10,909 bases of DNA from Octopus sinensis (GCF_006345805.1 NW_021827276.1:1-10909), one strand, 5' to 3'. Counted from the first letter of the stretch, positions 1 to 7,495 are shown. Notes: a model not told the origin generated them from the letters alone. Numbers and translations are program-made.

Positions 1-47
1 ACTCTCTTGGTCTGTTTCTTTATTGCTTCTTTCAATTCCACCACCCC

Positions 48-68
48 CACACACACACACATACACAC
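48..68. repeat. (CA)n microsatellite
   Basis: About 10 CA units with one TA interruption, seen directly. Confidence 0.9.
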
Positions 69-571
69 CACCACTTCCACATCTTCTCTTTCTTCTTTGA
101 ATTATTCCTGGTTTTTTTCTTTTTTTACTCTCGCTTTCTTTCCTCTTTCGGTTATGTTTTCATTATTCGTAGTTTTATATATTTACAAAAATTTTAATTT
201 GTGGTGAATTATTTTTCCAGTTAGTAATTAATGTTATTATTTATTATTTATATTTTCATTTGTATCAGTCTCAGTATGCATCTTAACAAAACAGAATACA
301 TTTCAGAATGGAAAGAAAATAATACATGAAACAAAAAAATATATATATATATACAGAAATAAGCAGAAACCTTAAAAAGTGATGGTTTTCTATATAAAAA
401 TTTCTATCGCAGAATCGAACTATGTGGAGACTGTCTTTATTAAAATATAATATATATTATACATTATCAAAAGGTACAAAAACGACGTACTCTGAGGGAA
501 TTCAAAGAATTGCATAATATAAGAGTAGGACAATCCAAGAATTAGGTACAAAATTAGGTACTCCGAATCTG

Positions 572-742
572 TTTCTTTATTACCCACAAGGGGATAAACA
601 TAGAGGGGACAGACAAACGGATTAAGTCGATTACATCTACCCCAGTGCGTAACTGGTACTTAATTTATCGACTCCGAAAGGATGAAAGGCAAAGTCGACC
701 TCGGCGGAATTTGAACTTAGAACGTAACGGCAGACGAAATAC
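572..742 (-). mobile_element. tRNA-derived SINE family A, copy A1 (5'-truncated, second unit of a tandem dimer)
   Basis: Reverse complement aligns with the copy at 5843-6062 from GTATTTCGTC onward. It keeps the B box (GTTCAAATTCC) and the AATAAAGAAA tail but lacks the head with the A box. It differs from the adjacent copy A2 at 8 of 171 positions. Confidence 0.9.
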
Positions 743-964
743 TTATTTCTTTATTACCCACAAGGGGCTAAACATAGAGGGGACAGAGAAACGGATTAAG
801 TCGATTACATCGACCCCAGTGCGTAACTGGTACTTATTTTATCGACTCCGAAAGGGTGATAGGCAAAGTCGACCTCGGCGGAATTTGAACTCAGAACGTA
901 ACGGCATACGAAATACGGCTACGCATTTCGCCCGGCGAGCAAACGGTTCTGCCAGCACAACGTC
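743..964 (-). mobile_element. tRNA-derived SINE family A, copy A2 (near full length)
   Basis: Minus strand has an A-box-like TGGCAGAACCG, a B box GAGTTCAAATTCC, the central GTCGACTTTGCC...AGTACCAGTTACGCACTGGGGTCGATGTAATCGAC region and the GGGTAATAAAGAAATAA tail. Colinear with 5843-6062 except for a 10-bp deletion near the 3' end. Confidence 0.92.
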
Positions 965-1041
965 AGAAGGATGTAGGAAATCCGAGTGTTCGACAATAGG
1001 CAAATCGGGAATAAAAATAAACTAAAACAGCAAAAACCAAA

Positions 1042-1101
1042 TAGATCAGCCTTAGACGCTCCAATGTGGCCATCCCGTTGTCGTTTTTGTAGTGTTTTTT
1101 T
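1042..1101 (+). repeat. Unclassified dispersed repeat X, left copy (inverted relative to 4978-5038)
   Basis: TAGATCAGCCTTAGACGCTCCAATGTGGCCATCCCGTTGTCGTTTTTGTAGTGTTTTTTT is the reverse complement of 4978-5038 apart from one homopolymer indel. Confidence 0.88.
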
Positions 1102-1115
1102 AAAAAACCCAATAA

Positions 1116-1360
1116 ATATATATGCGTATATATATATATGCGTATATATATATATCGTATATATATTATGCGTATATATAAGATATATATATATATTACA
1201 TATACATATGTATAACATATACTACATGACTATATATATATATATATATATATATACTATATATATAATATATTATATATACATATCATATGTTATACAT
1301 ATACATACATATATATATACATATACATACATGAATATATATATATATATATGTATATAT
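1116..1360. repeat. (TA)n-dominated compound microsatellite
   Basis: About 245 bp of TA repeats with CA, TG and CG interruptions. Confidence 0.95.
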
Positions 1361-1460
1361 AGTTTCCGTCTACCTATGCTTTGGTTGGCCCGCAGCTATG
1401 GTAGAAGACACTTGTGTAAGGTTCCACGCACTGGAATTGAAACCGAAAGCATATGGTTGG
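1361..1460 (-). mobile_element. tRNA-derived SINE family B, copy B1 (fragment)
   Basis: AGTTTCCGTCTACC...GCTTTGGTTGGCCCGCAGCTATGGTAGAAGACACTTG...CCACGCACTGG...ATGGTTGG aligns with the copies at 2092-2255, 2307-2415 and 2447-2589. It has a deletion of about 15 nt relative to B2 and B4. Confidence 0.8.
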
Positions 1461-2091
1461 ATATTTATTCCTATATATTACTCTAACGTCTGTACTAAGC
1501 ATTATTCTTTCTCTCTGTCACACTTACATGTTCGTACACACACACAAACACATGCACGTACAAACATATACGCAGCACGCACGCGTAGATACACACACAC
1601 ACATATGGTACTGAAAATTCATCTGATGTCTTATATTTTCTGTTTCACAAATTTTCATTTTTTTTTTTATATGTCCTTAGAGACATTTTCTTCTTTTGAA
1701 ATCTCCCGAAACTCCCAATTATACTATAATATACATAATATCACTTTTAATTATTGTTAATTTCTCGACGAGAAGAGTTTCTGAGGTGTTTTGACGGCTT
1801 CTCTTTGGAAACGACTTATATTGTTATTGATAATTCACAGGAGGCACATACGTCATACAGTTTTAAATGACAGTAAGCTATCCCATAAGACAACAAACTG
1901 ATTGACCCTTCCTTCATAATTCCAAACAATGTTTAAAGAAAGCCCAATAGTAAACATTTAAGTAAGTTTTTGTATGTCCCAGTTTTATCGATGTCAAATT
2001 TTATTTGTAACCATGACTAAATTTTGATACGAGAGACTTGATGAAACAAAATGGCTGCATACGCATATTATTCGATGCAGAAATATGAATC

Positions 2092-2255
2092 AGGCATTTA
2101 AAGTCATAGCTTGTTAAGGAGCTTCCTTCTCATTGATAAGGTTTAGAGTTTAGTCCCAGTGTGATGTACTTTGGCCAAATGTCTTCTACTGTAGCTTTGG
2201 GCAGGCCACAATCTTGTGAGTAGATTTGGTAGACGTAAACTGAAAGAAGCCCGTC
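2092..2255 (+). mobile_element. tRNA-derived SINE family B, copy B2 (diverged, near full length)
   Basis: Shares AGCTTCCTTCTCA and CTTGTGAGTAGATTTGGTAGA exactly with the reverse complement of B4. Ends in GAAAGAAGCCCGTC followed by a (TA)n tail. Degenerate B box GAGTTTAGTCCC. The 5' boundary is approximate. Confidence 0.8.
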
Positions 2256-2306
2256 ATATATATATGACATTATATATTAAAGCCTTTTGCGTTTGTTTAT
2301 AAAATA

Positions 2307-2415
2307 ACAAGGATTTCGACAGCCGGAGGCTATAGTAAAAGGCACATACCCAAGATACCACGCAGTGGTTCTGAACCTAGAACCATGAAGTTAGAAAACA
2401 AGCTTCTTGCTTACA
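2307..2415 (-). mobile_element. tRNA-derived SINE family B, copy B3 (3'-truncated)
   Basis: GAGGCTATAGTAAAAGGCACATACCCAAGATACCACGCAGTGGTTCTGAACC aligns with B1, B2 and B4. Minus strand has a B-box-like GGTTCAGAACC. Confidence 0.75.
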
Positions 2416-2446
2416 CACACACACACACACGTATATATATATATAT
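2414..2446. repeat. (CA)n(TA)n microsatellite, probable tail of SINE B4
   Basis: Short CA run then TA run directly abutting the 3' end of B4. Confidence 0.85.
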
Positions 2447-2589
2447 ACGACGGGCCTCTCCCAATTTCCTTCTACCAAATCTACTCACAAGGCTGTGGTC
2501 GGTCCGATGCAATGGTAGATGTCACTTGCCCAAGTTGCCACTCAATTAAACCATGTGGTTGAGAAGGAAGCTTCTTACCACACGGGCTA
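2447..2589 (-). mobile_element. tRNA-derived SINE family B, copy B4
   Basis: Minus strand has an A-box-like TAGCCCGTGTGG, a deleted B-box region, a CTTGGGCAAGT motif resembling the CORE-domain signature of MIR-type SINEs (established knowledge, not aligned here), and ends in GGCCCGTCGTA plus (TA)n. Confidence 0.82.
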
Positions 2590-2591
2590 CA

Positions 2592-2593
2592 AT

Positions 2594-2652
<59 letters not shown>

Positions 2653-2653
2653 G

Positions 2654-2692
<39 letters not shown>

Positions 2693-3060
2693 CATAATAT
2701 ATCTGTATATCTGTTATATTATATATATATATATATATCCTATATACATAATACATATGTTTATATATATTATATATATATTATATATATATACACAATG
2801 TATTATATATGTACATATATGTGTATATATATGTGTGTATATATATGTATATATATATAAATTTATATATATATGTATATATATATAAATGTATATATAT
2901 ATGTATATATATGTATATATATACATATGTATATACATACATATGTATATATGTATATATATACATATGTATATATATGTATATATACATATGTATATAC
3001 ATACATATGTTTATATGTATATATATATATGTTTGGGTGTGTGTGTGTTTGTAAGTGTGT
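2592..3060. repeat. (TA)n/(TATG)n compound microsatellite ending in (GT)n
   Basis: About 440 bp of alternating purine-pyrimidine TA/CA/TG repeats followed by a short GT run. Confidence 0.95.
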
Positions 3061-3363
3061 TCAGAATGTTTAGAAGATACTGGGATCAGGTGATAAATTA
3101 GTCTTCTAAACTAAGAAAGAATAGAATAACGTTTGTGGAGAGAAATAAAACTACAAATATAAAAATCAATACATGCAAGATACATAACAAGTTAAGTACA
3201 TGAAGTCACTTTTCTTCTCTCACAAGGAAAAAAAAATTCACCTCGGTGCAATGGTATGCAGTTTAATTGTATTGCTGAGTGAGTATGTGTGTGGCTCTGT
3301 TCTTTATTTAATGAATCATCTAGCACCAGAAAAAAATATATGAAGGAGGACTTTCCAAAACAT

Positions 3364-3450
3364 TACACACACGCACATACACATTTGTCTATACACACAC
3401 ACACACACACACACACATACAGACACACACAGACATCACACACACACCCT
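3364..3450. repeat. Interrupted (CA)n microsatellite
   Basis: CA runs with CATA, CAGA and CGCA variants. Confidence 0.85.
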
Positions 3451-3550
3451 CTCACGCACATATGCATGAAAATATATTTATGAATATGTTTATATACATA
3501 TAACTATCGATGCATTTCATATAGACAAATCGGGTTCTACGAGCACGCGT

Positions 3551-3595
3551 ATGTGTGTGTGTGTGCGTGTGTGAGCCTGTGTGTACGTGTGTTTG

Positions 3596-3626
<31 letters not shown>

Positions 3627-3652
3627 TGTGTGAGAGAGAGTGAGGGAGAGAG
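3551..3652. repeat. (GT)n(GA)n compound microsatellite
   Basis: GT runs grading into GA runs. Confidence 0.88.
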
Positions 3653-3860
3653 ATCTTATTCCTATGTATGTATCGATGTGTAATGATGTTTTCCGGATCT
3701 AATTATAATCATAAACGTGTTAATTGAATAGAGAGCAAAGGGGAAAATTAGTGTTGAATACAAAGAGGCGCGCGCTCATTCATATACATACCAATGTCTA
3801 TATACATTTATATATACGTACACACACACCATCGGACGTAAGCGCACACAAACAAATGGA

Positions 3861-3981
3861 TATATGTATATATGTATGTGTTTGTGTGTTGTGTGTGTGT
3901 ATATATATATATATATGGACATATATGGAAATGGGCATATATATGTATTTTAATGTATATATTTATATATTTATATTATAT

Positions 3982-4055
<74 letters not shown>

Positions 4056-4072
4056 ATAATGCATATATATAT
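3861..4072. repeat. (TA)n-rich array containing a perfect (AT)30 at 3985-4044
   Basis: Seen directly. Confidence 0.95.
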
Positions 4073-4204
4073 GGGGTGGGGTTAAATTGTGTAGATCGCA
4101 GGTGTGTTTAAAAATTTTTTCAGCGATCACTCCAAAAATTATATAAAAAATAAATGTATTCTATTGAGAATACATTTATTCTGTTGATTGCATACACTCA
4201 CCAC

Positions 4205-4231
4205 GTATATACATACACGTATACATACACC

Positions 4232-4278
<47 letters not shown>

Positions 4279-4436
4279 TATATTTTTAATATTATATATG
4301 TACATGTATATACATACATGCAAGCATGTACATTATATATGTATGTATATACATATACATATATATATTTATATACATGAATATATGCATATACACACAT
4401 ATACATATATATATATATATATATCTATATATATAT
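4205..4436. repeat. (TA)n/(TACA)n compound microsatellite
   Basis: Seen directly. Confidence 0.93.
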
Positions 4437-4760
4437 GAAATACAAAATGGGACAAGAACGCAATCGGCAGATGCATCAGGCAGTGACACTCAGTGTAAAC
4501 AAAGGTAAAACCCCTTGAAATATATATTCCTTACGTATTTTAACCTAAAAAGGCTTTATGCTGTAGTTTGTCGTGGAGAATATCTTTTGCAAAAAAGTTT
4601 TAGAATACCGTTTCCAGAACAGAACGCTTTCTATTTGAACGATGCGTACATTTCGAACTTTTTTTTTTGTTCTCTTTAGCAGAAGTTACCAAATAAACCC
4701 ACTGTGTTTCTATATATATGTGTAACGTTTGTTTTTTGCGATGTCTATATGTGTGTCCAA

Positions 4761-4907
4761 GGCGGCGAGCTGGCAGACTTTCATTCTTTCGGGGTCGATT
4801 AAATAAGTACCAGTTACGCACTGGGGTCGATATAATCGACTTAATTCGTTTTTCTGTCCTTGTTTGTTCCCCCTATGTTTAGCTCCTTGTGGGCAATAAA
4901 GAAATAA
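4761..4907 (+). mobile_element. tRNA-derived SINE family A, copy A3 (85-bp internal deletion)
   Basis: GGCGGCGAGCTGGCAGA (4761-4777) is joined directly to CTTTCATTCTTTCGGGG. The equivalent of 5860-5944 in copy A4 is missing. The 3' half and AATAAAGAAATA tail are intact. Confidence 0.9.
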
Positions 4908-4908
4908 A

Positions 4909-5038
4909 GGATGGACATGGTTGGATTACCCTTGCTCATGAGTCAGCTCAATGAAGTCTAACTTAAAGAAAATAAAAAAAAAAACACTACAAAAAACGAC
5001 AACGGGATGGCCACATTGGAGCGTCTAAGGCTGATCTA
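4909..5038 (-). repeat. Unclassified dispersed repeat X, right copy (4978-5038 matches the left copy; the 4909-4977 extension is tentative)
   Basis: 4978-5038 is the inverted counterpart of 1042-1101. That 4909-4977 belongs to the same element is inference from adjacency only. Confidence 0.6.
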
Positions 5039-5617
5039 AGACTAAACAATAACGACTCTCTACCACCGTTCATACGACGACATTTGATAAATAGCTAATG
5101 TTTTGTTAACTGCAAAAACGTCTGAAAGTTCATGTTTACATCTTTTCTTATATTTGAATGTTCTAACACTTTTCCATACATATTTAAATATAACACAGAT
5201 ATATGTCATTGCTTACGTGATTTTGTACATTGTAGACTATAAATATTTTATTTAATAAACCAAACGTATCTCCGCTTGATACGTTCGTTTGTCGTTCTAC
5301 TTTGCACTTCTTGATAATCTTGTTGTCTTTATCGTTATCATTGTGCCCACAATACAGAGCATTGTTATTAAACTGCTATTTATTGTACCGTCGATTTTCT
5401 TTATTACTAGCAGGTCTGGAGAATATGTAAAGGCTCCTCTCATTAGCTGAGCATTCGCGATATTGTGATAGTTTCAACCCATGTCAACCCGTTCAAATGA
5501 ATGTATGATGAAAAACATTGCAGAACTGACAATCTAATCGTCTTTACACAAAATATATCTATTGTTAATTTATCAAATGTACCTTCTCATTTTTCGGAAG
5601 ACGCATTCACTGCGCCA

Positions 5618-5750
5618 TTAGAGCACCGCATGGACTGCCTCACGGCATTCAATTCGGCTCTGAGAGTTGTGAGTTCAAATAAAACTGAGGACGACTGTGT
5701 TTCACTGTATAGGGGAGGTTAAATGCAGTACCAGTTCTGCAATGAGATCT
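5618..5750 (+). mobile_element. Old, strongly diverged SINE family A relic, copy A5
   Basis: Colinear blocks shared with A4 in the same order and similar spacing: TGCCTCACGGCATT vs TGCTTAGCGGTATT, TGAGTTCAAAT, GAGGACGACTGTG vs GAGGTCGACTTTG, TTTCA, GGGG, TAAAT, AGTACCAGTT, GCAATGAGATC vs GCACTGGG. Confidence 0.68.
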
Positions 5751-5842
5751 GTTTCATACTTTCCCATTTTCTGAATAATAGAAATAAAAATCAAGCTCAG
5801 AGCTGGAAGGACATGCACATAAGGCTATATATTTCTATATAA

Positions 5843-6062
5843 GGCGGCGAGCTGGCAGAAACGTTAGCACGCCGGGCGAAATGCTTAGCGGTATTTCGTC
5901 TGTCGTTATGTTCTGAGTTCAAATTCCGCCGAGGTCGACTTTGCCTTTCATCCTTTCGGGGTGGATAAATTAAGTACCTGTTACGCACTGGGATGGATGT
6001 AATCGACTTAATCCGTTTGTCTGTCCTTGTTTGTCCCTTCTGTGTTTAGCCCCTTGTGGGTA
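5843..6062 (+). mobile_element. tRNA-derived SINE family A, copy A4 (full head, tail missing, flanked by a TSD)
   Basis: A box TGGCAGAAACG (5853-5863) and B box GTTCAAATTCC (5917-5927). GGCGG at the 5' end is complementary to CCGCC (5926-5930), like an acceptor stem. Flanked by TATTTCTATATAAG (5830-5843) and TATTTCTATGTAAG (6061-6074). Confidence 0.93.
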
Positions 6063-6111
6063 TTTCTATGTAAGTTTCTGTGTTTTTAACGGCATGGATT
6101 AATTTCCACGA

Positions 6112-6255
6112 GTACTACAACTGCTACAACAACTACCGTCACTACTACTGTCGCTGCTGTCGCCACTACTACATCTGCTATCACCACCACCACCACCATC
6201 ACCACCACCGCTACGGTTACTACTACTGCTACTACCACTACTACAACAACTACTA

Positions 6256-6288
<33 letters not shown>

Positions 6289-6303
6289 TTACTACCACTA
6301 CTT

Positions 6304-6336
<33 letters not shown>

Positions 6337-6341
6337 TTACG

Positions 6342-6392
<51 letters not shown>

Positions 6393-6710
6393 ACTACCAC
6401 TACTTCTACTACTACTACTACTGCTGCTGCTGCTGTTACTACTACTAACTACTACTATACTACTACTGCTGCTGCTGCTGTTACTACTACTACTACTACA
6501 CTACTACTACTACTGCTGCTGCTGCTGCTATACCATACTTCTACTACTACTACTACTACTGCTGCTGCTACTGCTGCTGGTACTACTATACTCTACTATA
6601 CTACTACTGCTGTGCTGCTGTACTACTACACTACTACTATACTACTACTACTATGCTGCTGCTGCTACTACTACTGTTGCTGCTACAACTACTGCTGCTG
6701 CTGCTGCTGT

Positions 6711-6748
<38 letters not shown>

Positions 6749-6749
6749 T

Positions 6750-6783
<34 letters not shown>

Positions 6784-6838
6784 GTTGCTGCCCCTGCTTC
6801 TGCCCTTGCTGCTGTTACTGCTGCTGCTGCTGCTGTTG
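6112..6838. repeat. Compound trinucleotide array (ACT)n/(GCT)n/(ACC)n with a ~50-bp higher-order period
   Basis: Alternating ACT and GCT blocks. The marker ACTACCACTACTTCTACT and the GCTGTTAC junction recur. Confidence 0.95.
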
Positions 6839-6932
6839 GTTATTTCTTTAAGTGGTTGTCATGGATGACAGCTTCTTAAGCAATCAGAAATTGCAACGTT
6901 CAGAAGCCATTCAATTAATACAAAAATGTGTG

Positions 6933-6976
6933 CTGGTGTTGGTGTTGGCGCTGGTGGTGGTGGTGGTGGTGGTGGT
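6933..6976. repeat. (GGT)n repeat with degenerate GGTGTT lead-in
   Basis: Eight GGT units at 6953-6976. Confidence 0.85.
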
Positions 6977-7220
6977 TAGCAAGGAATGGGAAGTGGAGGA
7001 TGGGGCTGCCATAACGTATGTTTGTCACTGACTCTCTTCCCCAATTTCTGCCCCTTCCCAACTTCCCCTCCACGGCTGTCAGGCTGTCATTCACTTTCTG
7101 TCTGTCTGTTGGTATTTATGTCCATCACTGATCGTCTGTTTCATCTGTCGGTCCGTTTGCCTGTCTGTCGGTCTGTCGCTCTGTTAGTGTCTTTCGCCAA
7201 CCAGTTCTTTCCTTTCCATA

Positions 7221-7240
7221 TCTCTCTCTCTCTCTCTCTC
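7221..7240. repeat. (TC)10 microsatellite
   Basis: Seen directly. Confidence 0.92.
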
Positions 7241-7301
7241 CTCACTCATACGCATACATGTGTCTGTGTTATGCATGAGTGTGTGTGTATGTGTGAGAGA
7301 T

Positions 7302-7307
7302 TGTCTG

Positions 7308-7346
<39 letters not shown>

Positions 7347-7377
7347 CTGTCTGTCTGTATATCTATCTATCTATCTA

Positions 7378-7431
<54 letters not shown>

Positions 7432-7447
7432 GTCTGTCTGTTCTGTC

Positions 7448-7478
<31 letters not shown>

Positions 7479-7495
7479 ATCTATCTATCTGTCTG

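Noticed and set aside
11-581. 14-bp direct repeat TCTGTTTCTTTATT at 11-24 and 568-581
   Set aside because: It is T-rich and low-complexity, and the copies do not flank an element.
645-1025. 126-aa ORF MRNWYLIYRLRKDERQSRPRRN..., and its relatives at 4600-4821 (-) and 5797-5988 (-)
   Set aside because: These are antisense translations of SINE family A. The same peptide recurs wherever the SINE occurs.
919-4508. Many ORFs rich in YI, CV or HT dipeptides
   Set aside because: They are translations of (TA)n, (TG)n and (CA)n repeats, which lack stop codons in several frames.
5685-5691. Hammerhead-like core CTGAGGA (+), and CTGATGA on the minus strand at 10152-10158
   Set aside because: Neither is followed by a stem II and GAAA, so no hammerhead fold can be built.
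5501-5722. 73-aa non-repetitive-looking ORF MYDEKHCRTDNL...
   Set aside because: It is short, I recognise no domain, and its second half lies within the diverged SINE relic A5.
5516-5744. 13-bp inverted repeat CATTGCAGAACTG / CAGTTCTGCAATG as possible MITE ends
   Set aside because: There is no TSD, the right arm lies within the SINE relic, and about one 13-bp inverted match at arbitrary distance is expected by chance in 11 kb.
5843-5930. SINE heads as tRNA genes
   Set aside because: A and B boxes are present, but spacing is too long, the T stem does not pair and no cloverleaf forms. They continue into SINE body sequence.
6080-6868. Poly-Tyr/Cys/His, poly-Val/Ala and poly-Leu ORFs from the track
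   Set aside because: They are alternative phases of one trinucleotide array, with no unique domain.
6953-6976. (GGT)8 as a telomeric or functional G4 element
   Set aside because: It is not TTAGGG, and a two-tier G-run microsatellite of this size is commonplace.
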